Positions 46,182-56,124 of a stretch of 64,000 nucleotides of DNA are shown here, in pieces (the first letter of the stretch is position 1; each line of letters starts with the position of its first letter). Origin of the DNA: a virus; the IMG/VR virus record IMGVR_UViG_3300042396_000723, positions 32,001 to 96,000 of that record; one strand, written 5' to 3'. The notes under the pieces are model-generated. The model did not search any database. It saw only the letters and a list, made by a program, of their open reading frames with translations, and was not told where the DNA came from. Made by a program: the position numbers and the translations under genes.

Positions 46182-49100
46182 ATGGTCACAACCTTAAACC
46201 GTCAAAATCCCCGTCGCCTTGATGCTGCTCCTACGGAAGTGCAGATGAAACTTGGTATTTCTCAAGTTTTGTCGATGCCATTTGCCTACAACTCTCCGGT
46301 TATCGTTCTGGATTTTGAAGTAGGCAATAAAAACATCATCAAGGGACGGTTTAAGGATGCCATTAGATCCCGTGTTTTTGAGTTTGAGATTGGGGATTCT
46401 ATCACGTTCAAGCCGTTCACCTGGAGGCGAACGGATAGCGACGTTGACCCGATGGCATGGGAAGACTTCTCTAAAGGGTATTGCTACCGATTCGATGCAG
46501 TCAAGACCGTCAGAAAGGAAAAACCTAAGTGTGGCAATACTTCTTATAACTGCGGTAAAGCCTGCATTGGCTTAAACAAGAATTGCAAATCAGATCCCCC
46601 CGATAAACCGTCCCAGGAGAAAGTTGATAAACTCAGAGCCGCGGCAGGGGAGTTTAAAGCTGTTCAGGGCGATCCAACCAAGAAGCAAGAGGATAATAAG
46701 TTAACGCCAAAACCACAGGAAGTTAAGGAAGTCGCGCCCACCCCCTCTCCCGATAAAGCAGAAGTCCCTGTCACCGACCTTGCTAAACAGCCACCTGTTG
46801 CCTTAAAAATTGGTAAAAAATCAGTCAACCTAAAAGACGACCTTGATTCCTACAAAGATTTAAGAATAACCGCCGATCCCGTTTTAGGTTGGCAAGTTAT
46901 CAATAAGAATGGGAACGTACTGAGAGAACCGCCCAAGGGCAACACGGCTCCAAGTCATAGATTCAAGAAAAGAGAGCAGGCTGAAAAGTTTGCTAACGAT
47001 GTGATGACACGGGTTGAGAAGTTGCAGAAGGCTCAACCAAAACCGGATGCTGATGTAAGTGACTCTGATAAAAGGTCATTTGAAAGTCTTTACACCACAA
47101 AATTATCATCCGCCCAACAGTTGCTTAACTTAGAAAAAAACGCAAAAATAGCGCGAATATCTCCCAGTGAAGATCAAAAAAATTATGACAAAAAACAACC
47201 CGACCTCAATATTGATTCGGGGCCAGGAATAATGGAAGGTTGGAGGACTGCGAAACCAGACGGATCTGTCCAGGGAATCCCTTGGTCTGTCAAGGCGGAG
47301 GGTCAAGAAAAGTCACGGGCTATCGTGGGTGCTAGATTAACGGATCATCCAGCCAGCCCTAATTTAAAAAGACTCAGGTTATACGACGCAGACGGACGTA
47401 ATGAGACAATTGACTTCAAAAAGGGTGATAGAAACGCATCTCTTAGGGCTAGAAGACTTGTTAGAGAAATCGCACAAGGAAAGTCTCAAGAGATGGAATC
47501 TGGCGACATAAAAGCGTTGATTGAGGGAGGTAAAGAGGGTTTAGCTAAAAGAAAAGTGGAAAAGGCAAGATTAGCTGCTGAAGACAAGCAATTTAAAGCA
47601 GCCTTAGATGATTATTTAAAATCAAAAAACCTAACAAGAGAAAGCATTAAAGGTTTGACCGATATCGGAATGGACGATCTTATCGAAAAAGTTGAGAAAT
47701 ACCAGAAATCACGATCTCAAACCCCCAATTCAGCAGGGGATAAGGGTGCGGGGGGTAAAACGTTTGACCTAAATGATTTATGGCGACAAACCGCCGACGC
47801 TGCTTATTCTAAAAACAAAGATGGTGTCTCAAAAAATCTTGAGCAATGGAAGGAAGTTGTAAAAAAATTAGAGTCAGGAGAAGGGATCTCTAAAGACGTT
47901 AACTTAAACGAATACGAAAAGTTAATGGATAATTTAGAAAAAAAATTAGTCCTCGATCCCAAAGATCCGTCTAATGTTGAATTTAAAAAGATTACGGGAT
48001 CTATTTCTAAGATTCTTAGTAAAGCAGGCAGTCTCAACCCGTTAACACAAGAAGACCTAGAAAAAGCTCACCCTAACTTTAGACCAATCATGCAACGAAT
48101 TAATAAAACCGTTGCTAAGGATTATGAATTATTTGACAAAAAAGAGCGAGTTCAAAAAGAGTTAAATAGCCTAAAACAAGAAAAATCTTATAACGAGGCT
48201 GTGATATTAAATAATTCAAAACGATTCCGAGAAATAGGTATTAATAATAACGAGGTAGAAATTCAAAGACTTTCCAAGAAAAAACCGAGCGATTCAGTTG
48301 AGGTTAGAAATCCTGTCTCAAATTTACCAGAAAGGACTATTTCGGCATCCAAACGGATTAAGGAACTTCAAGATGAAATTGGGGAATTGAATAATAGTGA
48401 AAAAGCTAAAATAGAAGAAGACAGGGCTAGAAAAGAAATAGCCCGATTGCAAAGCCCAATGAAGGATGCAGAGAGTAGAATAAACGCCATTTTAGACGAG
48501 AAGAAAAAATTAAGGGAATCTCGCGGCGGATCTAGTTCACAATCAGAACCCAAGCAAACCCCAAATTCAGTAGGGGTTGATGGTGCGGGGGGTAAATCAG
48601 TTGATCAACAATATAAGGATATAATTGCTAAGTCGAAAGATCCAAAGGGAACAGAGGAAGTTTTATCGTCAGCATTAAGAGGTGGGTTTGGTGACTTTGA
48701 AAGAAAAAATTATAACGAATATTCAACCGCTATAAAATCTGGGACTGTTCCAAAAGGAATGGGGAACTATTATCAAAAACAAGTCGACAAATATAAACCC
48801 ATTATTGAGGCGGAAGATTTTATTAACGAAAGGAAGAAAAAAGCAATTAGTGGAGACTATGAAACAGAACAAGAAGCTGGGGTTTATGTTCTTAATAAAT
48901 TAAAGCAAAAAGGCTACAAAGAACACGAATATTATGACAGTCCAGACTATGAAAAAGATTATGGAAAATTGGTGGGGGTAATGAAATCTGTTAAACTTCC
49001 TCCGCCGTTGTCTGGTATCGTCCCCGGTAAAGAATTAAAACAGACATTAACTCCGGGTGACAAACTACTTGTTAAAGAGGATACTTATTCGTTAATGAGT

Positions 49101-49466
49101 AGTGGAAATACCCCTACTGGCTATCGAATAGTTGATGGTGGCGAAGTTTTAAAGGTTAATGTCAAGAATGTTAAAACCCGCGTTAGAGGCGAATACATGG
49201 GGAAACCCTACGAGAACGAGCCGTCTCTCGCTCTTGATAAAGTTACCCACGTCATCCGAGATGGTAAACGTTACAAGGTAGATGATTCTGATAGATCCCC
49301 CAATGACTTAAAGTCGGAATCCTCCAAATCCCAGAAAGCAGTAAAACAAAAGGCAGTAAAACAGAAAGCAATAAAAGTTCAAGGGGAGCGATCGCAAAAA
49401 CAAGAATCCCCTCTAATTCCGAAAGAGGAAATAGTTAAAGATGCTCCAATACTGATGTTAAGGTAA
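46182..49466 (+). CDS. polymorphic effector family member B (long repeat-containing C-terminus)
   Basis: 1094 aa; shared N-domain and KPKCGNTSYNCGKACIGLNKNCKSDP; internal repeats NSAGDKGAGGKTFD / NSVGVDGAGGKSVD; lysine-rich. Confidence 0.5.
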   Translation: MVTTLNRQNPRRLDAAPTEVQMKLGISQVLSMPFAYNSPVIVLDFEVGNKNIIKGRFKDAIRSRVFEFEIGDSITFKPFTWRRTDSDVDPMAWEDFSKGYCYRFDAVKTVRKEKPKCGNTSYNCGKACIGLNKNCKSDPPDKPSQEKVDKLRAAAGEFKAVQGDPTKKQEDNKLTPKPQEVKEVAPTPSPDKAEVPVTDLAKQPPVALKIGKKSVNLKDDLDSYKDLRITADPVLGWQVINKNGNVLREPPKGNTAPSHRFKKREQAEKFANDVMTRVEKLQKAQPKPDADVSDSDKRSFESLYTTKLSSAQQLLNLEKNAKIARISPSEDQKNYDKKQPDLNIDSGPGIMEGWRTAKPDGSVQGIPWSVKAEGQEKSRAIVGARLTDHPASPNLKRLRLYDADGRNETIDFKKGDRNASLRARRLVREIAQGKSQEMESGDIKALIEGGKEGLAKRKVEKARLAAEDKQFKAALDDYLKSKNLTRESIKGLTDIGMDDLIEKVEKYQKSRSQTPNSAGDKGAGGKTFDLNDLWRQTADAAYSKNKDGVSKNLEQWKEVVKKLESGEGISKDVNLNEYEKLMDNLEKKLVLDPKDPSNVEFKKITGSISKILSKAGSLNPLTQEDLEKAHPNFRPIMQRINKTVAKDYELFDKKERVQKELNSLKQEKSYNEAVILNNSKRFREIGINNNEVEIQRLSKKKPSDSVEVRNPVSNLPERTISASKRIKELQDEIGELNNSEKAKIEEDRARKEIARLQSPMKDAESRINAILDEKKKLRESRGGSSSQSEPKQTPNSVGVDGAGGKSVDQQYKDIIAKSKDPKGTEEVLSSALRGGFGDFERKNYNEYSTAIKSGTVPKGMGNYYQKQVDKYKPIIEAEDFINERKKKAISGDYETEQEAGVYVLNKLKQKGYKEHEYYDSPDYEKDYGKLVGVMKSVKLPPPLSGIVPGKELKQTLTPGDKLLVKEDTYSLMSSGNTPTGYRIVDGGEVLKVNVKNVKTRVRGEYMGKPYENEPSLALDKVTHVIRDGKRYKVDDSDRSPNDLKSESSKSQKAVKQKAVKQKAIKVQGERSQKQESPLIPKEEIVKDAPILMLR

Positions 49467-49641
49467 CAGATAGAGATGGAATTATTCTTGTGGAAGCCGA
49501 AGAAGTATAGAAAATTAACAATAAATTAGTGGTTTTGCTTCTGTTTTGCCCAAAATAAAACTGTTATAATTAATAATAACAAACGCCTCTCGCGGTGCGC
49601 TAACACCCAGAGGCAGTAGATCCTATCCAAGAGGAACCACA

Positions 49642-50370
49642 ATGACTAATTTATCATTATTACCTGACGATATTCGTTCTGAATTTTCCGTTAACGATCA
49701 AGGTCAGGCTTTTGCGAGTAGACGGGCGATCGCACGGTTGGCAGGCGTTTCTCATGTGTCCATCGGGAATCTATTGGATAAAATCGCTGTTAACCTAGAC
49801 CTCCCCGAAAGCATTGAAATCCTTGGAGGGCAGGACTTTGAGGGTGTTAACCTGATCCCTGATACCGTTGCCTCCCGGATTATTGAGTATTACGCTTTTG
49901 ATGCTAAACGTTATTGCACAGAACAAGCCAAGCGAGTTTATAAAGCATTCGGGGCTATCGGGTTTCGGTCGTGGGTACAAACTGAATTAGGTTGGCAATA
50001 TTCACAACCTAAGTTACCTCAGACTTATGCTGAGGCATTACTGGAGGCGGGACGGTTAGCGTTAGAAGTGGAGAAGTTGGAAGCCGAGAAAACATTGCTT
50101 GAGCAAGAGAATGGCGAACTCTCCAAAAATTTAGATGAGTTATTTGATTATTCCTCTATTGTTCGGATTGCCAAGTTTAACCAAATCTCAGAGAAAATCT
50201 TTAACTGGCGGTTACTCAAGGCATTGAGTCTTAAAATGGGGTTAGAAATTAAAAAAGTCCCGTGTCCCAGGTTTGAGACAAAAAGCCTATATTCTCACGA
50301 TGTCTGGCGTGTTGCTTATCCTGAAATGAAGCTACCAGAAACGACAACGCTAGTTATTAACAGAGGATAA
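49642..50370 (+). CDS. antirepressor-like protein with KilAC-like C-terminal domain
   Basis: 242 aa; C-terminus QTYAEALLEAGRLALEVEKLEAEK...YSHDVWRVAYP paralogous to 26760-27449. Confidence 0.55.
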   Translation: MTNLSLLPDDIRSEFSVNDQGQAFASRRAIARLAGVSHVSIGNLLDKIAVNLDLPESIEILGGQDFEGVNLIPDTVASRIIEYYAFDAKRYCTEQAKRVYKAFGAIGFRSWVQTELGWQYSQPKLPQTYAEALLEAGRLALEVEKLEAEKTLLEQENGELSKNLDELFDYSSIVRIAKFNQISEKIFNWRLLKALSLKMGLEIKKVPCPRFETKSLYSHDVWRVAYPEMKLPETTTLVINRG

Positions 50371-50446
50371 CCAAAACAGTAGGAGGGATGCGTTAAAACA
50401 TCCTTTCTCTGTACTAAGATCGGGGTATATCCTACTTTTTAACCCC

Positions 50447-50866
50447 ATGCTATCCCTAAGATTTAACGCCAATCAAGTCCGAAATTATCTAAATAAATTA
50501 ATTAAAAAGTTTCAGAATCTTAACCCCGAACTGCATAAAGTTGGGCAGTTTATGGTGGCATCAACCGATGAGAACTTCCAAAAGGAACAGAGTCCTTATG
50601 GGGAGAAATGGGAACACTTAGCACCATCAACCCTCAAATACAAGGCAAGTCGGGGTTTTATTATGCAAATATTACAACGCCAAGGATTGTTGCGATCTTC
50701 TATTCGGTATCGGATTGAAAAAGGAAGGGTTGAGGTAGGGAGTCCATTGCCCTATGCCTCCTATTTACAAGAAGGCACTAAGAAAATGCCTAAACGTCAA
50801 TTTTTAGGAGTAAGTCAACGCGATCGCAGGGAGATTATCGCTATTCTAAAGGATTCTCTTCGTTGA
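50447..50866 (+). CDS. phage virion morphogenesis protein (Mu gpG-like, putative)
   Basis: 139 aa; motif pattern and position in head module. Confidence 0.45.
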   Translation: MLSLRFNANQVRNYLNKLIKKFQNLNPELHKVGQFMVASTDENFQKEQSPYGEKWEHLAPSTLKYKASRGFIMQILQRQGLLRSSIRYRIEKGRVEVGSPLPYASYLQEGTKKMPKRQFLGVSQRDRREIIAILKDSLR

Positions 50867-51215
50867 TCTCGACGAGTTTATCAATAAGACCTGGGTTGAT
50901 TTCTTGAGGGATTTCTTGCTCAATAATCTTTAAAGTTTCCTTAGTCCAAGCAAGGATCAATCGTTCTGCCTCCGATTGATCCTCAGAAATTAACGAAGCG
51001 ATAATCAATAGTTCTACGAAATCCGTCCGTCGCTCCCCCATTAAAATCCGTCGAATTGTCTGCCAATCCCATCCACTTTTTTCACTAAATTCCATCATCC
51101 CAAAATTTGCATTTATAAGATCCCGTCGAATTGACCGACCAAGAGCGCGATAGGGAGCCAACGCACCAGATCCTAGTGTCTTCTTAGAAGGATACTCTCT
51201 TTTGATAGTAGTCAT
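50841..51215 (-). CDS. hypothetical protein
   Basis: 124 aa; lone minus-strand ORF in head block. Confidence 0.3.
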   Translation of the reverse strand: MTTIKREYPSKKTLGSGALAPYRALGRSIRRDLINANFGMMEFSEKSGWDWQTIRRILMGERRTDFVELLIIASLISEDQSEAERLILAWTKETLKIIEQEIPQEINPGLIDKLVEINEENPLE

Positions 51216-51249
51216 TATTTATATCTAAATCATTGGTTTAATTTTAGTC

Positions 51250-51274
51250 GATTTTCTTATATAGAAATTATTTT
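51250..51274 (+). promoter_or_regulatory. conserved 25-mer (late promoter candidate), copy 2
   Basis: GATTTTCTTATATAGAAATTATTTT identical to 44233-44257; 71 nt upstream of ATG 51345. Confidence 0.4.
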
Positions 51275-51344
51275 TTTACACCATCTTTAAATGACTGATA
51301 AGGTGCGTTATTCTTTAACAAGAATTATTTTTTTGTATTGAGAA

Positions 51345-52859
51345 ATGGTTGAAATCAGGCTTGATGCTCCAGCTAAATTTAGGGTAATCAGAACTGATGA
51401 TGGTCGCCTCCATTGTGAGGGGTCTTTTTGTCGTGATGGGGTGTTGGAATATCGTCAGCCTGATGGCTCCATAGTCCACGAACTCAGGAGACCGGAAACC
51501 AATGCAGAACTAGCCACAGTGGAGAGTTTTAAGCTCCTCCCCCTGGTAATTGAACATCCCCATGTTGGGCTTCTTAATAGCGAAAGTTATAAGGATTACG
51601 CAGTCGGGATGACTGATTCTTCTGCTTATTACAACAAGGCTGAAGGGGTGATCGAAGGCTTGGTGTCGTTTTTTGATGCTAAAGCGATCGCCCTAATTGA
51701 TTCAAGGGAAAAGGAACAGTTGTCTGCGGGATATACCTGCGATATCAAACAAGGGGCAGGGGTATGGAATGGTCAACACTACGACAGAGAACAGATTAAT
51801 GTTCGTGCTAACCATTTGGCTTTAACGAGCCGAGGAAGGGCAGGAGAAGATGCCCGTCTCCGATTAGATAGTGCTGCGGGGATTGGGCAAGCTGTTGCAG
51901 GGCAAGCTGTTGAAAACCCTAGTAACCCCAACAAAACCAAAGATAATGGAGATAATGAACAGCGCATGGCAATAATTAGATGCGATGGAGTCGAATATTC
52001 AGGAATCCCTGAAGTTTTCGCTTCTATTAGTGGTACTCGATTCCGTGAATTAAAAGAATTAAAGGAACGCCACGATTCGCTTGTTACACGGTTTGACGCT
52101 ACGATTCGGGAGAATCGGAAGCTAGAAGCCGCACAAGAGAACTACCAGTTTCGGTTGGATAACCTGGAAATCATTGTGGACAATGCTGACAATGTCCTTG
52201 GTGAATTAGGTTATTACCGGAACGACATGGGGCAATACGTCCGTGTTGATGGGGGCAAAAAGAAAATGATGTCTCTTGTTCCCGAAGATGAAGAAATGAT
52301 GGAAGATGAGGACAATGAAGATGAAGAAATGATGGAAGATGAGGTTATGGAAGAAAAAGAAACCATGACTTCCAGAAAGAAAAAAAAGTCCAAACCTCGT
52401 GCTGATGGCGACGATGAAGGCGAGAGTGATTACCGGGGTGATTCAATCGGGGATCTGTTGGCGATTTGGAAGGAAGCCGACAGTTTGTTACCAGGGTTCT
52501 CTGACACTCGGTTTGATAGTGGCTTCTCCACTAGCGATATCAAGCGCACTTTGTTGGCTGAAATCGAACCCAATATGGATTTGACGTTCCGATCCGATTC
52601 TTATGTAGACGGGGTTTTTGCCTACATTCAGGAGAATTATGATTCCTCCCCCACCGATCCAGGTGACGAAGAAGAAGGGGATGACGAGGAGGAAGACGAT
52701 GGAGACTCGGAGGAGTTTTCCCATCGCCTTGATTCGGTACTCAAAAGACCTGCTCAATCTACCTACGGAGATGAACTCACCGAATGGGAAAGACGACGGG
52801 TAGATGCCTATAAGCAGCCTTTAACGATAGGAAAAACACGCACGGGGTTTACTAGATAA
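51345..52859 (+). CDS. head morphogenesis protein (protease/scaffold-like)
   Basis: 504 aa; acidic C-terminal region with 33-bp tandem repeat (EDEEMMEDE x2); position before capsid candidates. Confidence 0.4.
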   Translation: MVEIRLDAPAKFRVIRTDDGRLHCEGSFCRDGVLEYRQPDGSIVHELRRPETNAELATVESFKLLPLVIEHPHVGLLNSESYKDYAVGMTDSSAYYNKAEGVIEGLVSFFDAKAIALIDSREKEQLSAGYTCDIKQGAGVWNGQHYDREQINVRANHLALTSRGRAGEDARLRLDSAAGIGQAVAGQAVENPSNPNKTKDNGDNEQRMAIIRCDGVEYSGIPEVFASISGTRFRELKELKERHDSLVTRFDATIRENRKLEAAQENYQFRLDNLEIIVDNADNVLGELGYYRNDMGQYVRVDGGKKKMMSLVPEDEEMMEDEDNEDEEMMEDEVMEEKETMTSRKKKKSKPRADGDDEGESDYRGDSIGDLLAIWKEADSLLPGFSDTRFDSGFSTSDIKRTLLAEIEPNMDLTFRSDSYVDGVFAYIQENYDSSPTDPGDEEEGDDEEEDDGDSEEFSHRLDSVLKRPAQSTYGDELTEWERRRVDAYKQPLTIGKTRTGFTR

Positions 52860-53689
52860 TGCGGTACAATTACAATCTTCAATTTGATCGGGCGACTCCT
52901 GGCATGGGCGAGGGATCTATTAATTTTCCGAGGGTCAAAGCCCTTGTTTCTGTCAAGAATGCTGTTAAAGAGGTCTGGACTCTGGCGGTTCCTGCCTCCC
53001 CCACTTCTAGCACTACATATACCGTCAAATTAAACAACGGACTAGGTACGGCACGTTTTACAACCGACGCTAGTGCCACTCAAGCGGAACTGCAAGCTGG
53101 TTTATTGAATGCAATCCGAATAAACCCTGCTTTTGGGCGACGAGGGATTGCTGCTGTTAGTGGGAATAATGTGTTGTTTACAGCACTGGAATATGGTATC
53201 GAAAATATCCTAACAGTTACTGGTGCTAGTTTAACAGCAACTAAAACTACGGCGATGACCATACCTCTTCCTGTCCCCTTCGGTCGGTTTGTCGCCAGAG
53301 CAAACACTGAAACCGATCCCAAAGTTGCAGGGCTTCCTACTGCTATTACTGACGTAATCCTGGGCATTACTCGAATCGTCAAAGATATCGAAATGCAGCC
53401 TTTGATAAATCAAGGTGCAAGCTATGGTGGAACGACTTACCCATATCAAGATGTGATGGACGTGGTTGACCGGACAGGAGAATCGTCAGGGATCTGGGTT
53501 GAATGTGTCGAGACGGATATCACAATTAATGATGCCGTCTATGTCTCTATTGCTGCGGGACACGAGGGGAAAGCAACAAAGGTGACAAGTGGCACGATTA
53601 ATATCTCCACGAAGGCTGAGTTCAAGTGTTCCCCCGTAGTCACTAGCACTGGTGCGGTGTGCGTTTTGATCGGCTTCAATGTTCCCTAA
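52859..53689 (+). CDS. head structural protein (decoration or capsid-related, putative)
   Basis: 276 aa between scaffold-like and capsid candidate. Confidence 0.35.
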   Translation: MRYNYNLQFDRATPGMGEGSINFPRVKALVSVKNAVKEVWTLAVPASPTSSTTYTVKLNNGLGTARFTTDASATQAELQAGLLNAIRINPAFGRRGIAAVSGNNVLFTALEYGIENILTVTGASLTATKTTAMTIPLPVPFGRFVARANTETDPKVAGLPTAITDVILGITRIVKDIEMQPLINQGASYGGTTYPYQDVMDVVDRTGESSGIWVECVETDITINDAVYVSIAAGHEGKATKVTSGTINISTKAEFKCSPVVTSTGAVCVLIGFNVP

Positions 53690-53714
53690 TTTGTATAGAA
53701 AGAATTTATAAACT

Positions 53715-54668
53715 ATGATGAACTTTTCTGGGACTACAAGGTTAGATGCTGATGAAATCGGCACGTTCTTTGGCTCTCTGATGGATTTAGAGGCTCAGAT
53801 AGATAAGGAATTTGACCTTGCGGACTATCCTTTCGCTGCTGGAGTCATTTGCCCTCTGAATATCCAAAACAAGCCCTGGGCAAAAACCTGGGGGTATCGG
53901 TGGCTCCGCCACGTTGGGCAGTTCAAGTTAATCCGAAACTACACCACAGACCTTCCCGAAGTGGAACTGGTCTATGGCGAGATGAAGATGCCGATTCATA
54001 AATGGGGACAAGGCTATAGCGTCTCTGAGGATGATATCGCGGCTGTTAGTCGGATGGGCGAGAGTATTGAAGAAGACAAAATCTGGACAATTCAAGAAGC
54101 CGCACAACAAAAAATCAATCAGTTGGTGGCAAACGGGGATTTAGAAACAGGAATGCCCGGTTTCTTGAATCATCCCCAAGCACTGCGGTCTTATGCTCCC
54201 TTCCCTTTGAACGGGTCAGCAACATCACAGCAAAAACTGAGTGTATTGAATGATTGTGTTAATGCTCCGACTCGGCTGACCAATAACCGAGAGAAGCCGG
54301 ACACATTGTTGATGGATTCGGAAACTTACGAACACCTCTCCTCGGATATTATTCAAATCGGCACATCCGCATTGGATCGTACGGTGTTAGAGCATTTCTT
54401 AAAAGTCAACCCTAATATCAAAGAAGTCGGCGTTGTGTCCGAGATGGCTCCTGACTATTTAGAGTCGATTGGTTTAGCTCCCACCCGCTTTATTCAGGCT
54501 TTCCGTCGAGATCCCAAAAAAGTCTCTGCTAAGATTTATCAACCGTTAAAGTGGACTGATACTCGCCCCATTGGTGTTGATTCTTTCTGGCGTGGTGCCA
54601 AGTTTAAGTTTGGGGGAATTGATCTCAAACGCCCATTCTCCATGCACGTTGTAGTATTACCTGAATAA
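53715..54668 (+). CDS. major capsid protein candidate
   Basis: 317 aa; position after scaffold and before connectors; preceded by a TATAGAAA motif. Confidence 0.45.
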   Translation: MMNFSGTTRLDADEIGTFFGSLMDLEAQIDKEFDLADYPFAAGVICPLNIQNKPWAKTWGYRWLRHVGQFKLIRNYTTDLPEVELVYGEMKMPIHKWGQGYSVSEDDIAAVSRMGESIEEDKIWTIQEAAQQKINQLVANGDLETGMPGFLNHPQALRSYAPFPLNGSATSQQKLSVLNDCVNAPTRLTNNREKPDTLLMDSETYEHLSSDIIQIGTSALDRTVLEHFLKVNPNIKEVGVVSEMAPDYLESIGLAPTRFIQAFRRDPKKVSAKIYQPLKWTDTRPIGVDSFWRGAKFKFGGIDLKRPFSMHVVVLPE

Positions 54669-54670
54669 AA

Positions 54671-55150
54671 ATGTCTAAAACTATCATCTTTGACCCCAAA
54701 CTAAATCCTCACAATCCACGCATTCCCTATGGAATATCAGTGGAGGCTATCACTTCGCCGATTCGTTTTTCCCGTCCCATTAATCGTGGGGGAACCAAGA
54801 AAACTTCCTTAGATGCGGTAGAAACACGGGGGAGTTGGATTCTTCCTGGGACTAATTTAGAACTTCCCGACGAGGACTATGAGTATATTACTCGGCATCC
54901 TCTCGGATTACAACTTATTAATTGCGGAGCATTCAGAATCATCTCTCCCACACTAGAGGAAGGGAAGTTTCCCACTGAAACAACCCTTGATTATATTGAA
55001 AAAGATGCCCTCGATCTGATTCGCAATTCTAGCGATATTGATTGGTTAGAACGATCCGAGAAAAGAGAAGGTCGTCCCGCTATTTCTAGGGCAATAGCAG
55101 AGCAAATCAAGAATATCAAGTCAGTCAATACTATGAACATCCGGGGGTAG
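54671..55150 (+). CDS. head-tail connector / head completion protein (putative)
   Basis: 159 aa; position. Confidence 0.35.
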   Translation: MSKTIIFDPKLNPHNPRIPYGISVEAITSPIRFSRPINRGGTKKTSLDAVETRGSWILPGTNLELPDEDYEYITRHPLGLQLINCGAFRIISPTLEEGKFPTETTLDYIEKDALDLIRNSSDIDWLERSEKREGRPAISRAIAEQIKNIKSVNTMNIRG

Positions 55151-55153
55151 TAA

Positions 55154-55489
55154 ATGGTTCTCCCTTCCGAATTTTTAGCGGTTTATCCTCAGTTCGCTGT
55201 GGTCGAATCTTCTGTGATTCAATACAGTTTAAACTTTGCCGAGAATAATTACTGCGCTGGTTGGGCAGATCCCAAGAGAACGGATGGAATTATGTTGATT
55301 GCTGCCCATCGAATCAGCGTTGATTGGTTCCAACAGGCGGATATTGCCTCTAGTGTTACGGGAATCGCATCGGGGTCAGGGAGTTCCACCCCTTCTGGCT
55401 CCGAGAATGATTGGTCTTTAACGACTTACGGGAGGCAATATATCCACCTCCGCAATACTATCTTCACTCCCCCTATTTTGGTCTTATGA
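55154..55489 (+). CDS. head-tail connector protein (putative)
   Basis: 111 aa; position. Confidence 0.35.
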   Translation: MVLPSEFLAVYPQFAVVESSVIQYSLNFAENNYCAGWADPKRTDGIMLIAAHRISVDWFQQADIASSVTGIASGSGSSTPSGSENDWSLTTYGRQYIHLRNTIFTPPILVL

Positions 55490-55671
55490 AAGTACAGTTC
55501 CCTGATTTCTCAGTTGATAATGGTCGAGTTACTTCTGCCGGGATGGTAACTCCTGCTTCCCCAGAATTGCAAGCTATGGCAGCGATTTATGTGGTGTTAC
55601 AAGAAATTAACGAGAAGTTAGACAAATCAGACCACGCCCCGGTTTCTCATACTCCTAAAGAGAAGAAATGA
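55486..55671 (+). CDS. hypothetical small protein
   Basis: Start moved to ATG 55486 (MKVQF), overlapping upstream stop (ATGA); track start 55411. Confidence 0.3.
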   Translation: MKVQFPDFSVDNGRVTSAGMVTPASPELQAMAAIYVVLQEINEKLDKSDHAPVSHTPKEKK

Positions 55672-56087
55672 GTCAATCTTTCGTTGAGCAAATGATAGCC
55701 CTAAGAGACCGAATCTCTCCCCTTGCGGGGGGATTTGGCAATCCCAACATTCAAAACCTCGTCGTTCGCACAAGAGTGGGCGATGGGTACGAATATTTGG
55801 AGATTTCCCCAACTCCGGTTATCCAAAAACAATTCCCAAACAAGGAGGGGATTGAAAACCTAAGCTCAGTGGAGGGGATAACTAGATCCTATTCAGTTAA
55901 AGGGATTTCACGGCGTTATTTAGAGGTGCAATTGAAAGGGGAGGGGGTTGACTATCTAGTCGGAGCCGATACTACTTATTACCCTCCTGATGGCGTTGTT
56001 TGTAACTTAGTCTCACTAACAGAAAATGTTGTGACGTGGGACATGGAGTTAGTTGAGAAGATTAGCTCACAAGGTTTTTATTTGTGA
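55668..56087 (+). CDS. hypothetical protein (connector region)
   Basis: 139 aa; start overlaps upstream stop. Confidence 0.35.
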   Translation: MSQSFVEQMIALRDRISPLAGGFGNPNIQNLVVRTRVGDGYEYLEISPTPVIQKQFPNKEGIENLSSVEGITRSYSVKGISRRYLEVQLKGEGVDYLVGADTTYYPPDGVVCNLVSLTENVVTWDMELVEKISSQGFYL

Positions 56088-56124
56088 TTAACTCACAAGG
56101 TTTCTATTTATAAAAGGTAAAATC

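Noticed and set aside
52879-53764. Several minus-strand ORFs (52879-53079, 53080-53382, 53231-53449, 53486-53764) within head genes
   Set aside because: All antisense to plus-strand head-module genes; overlapping each other in different frames.
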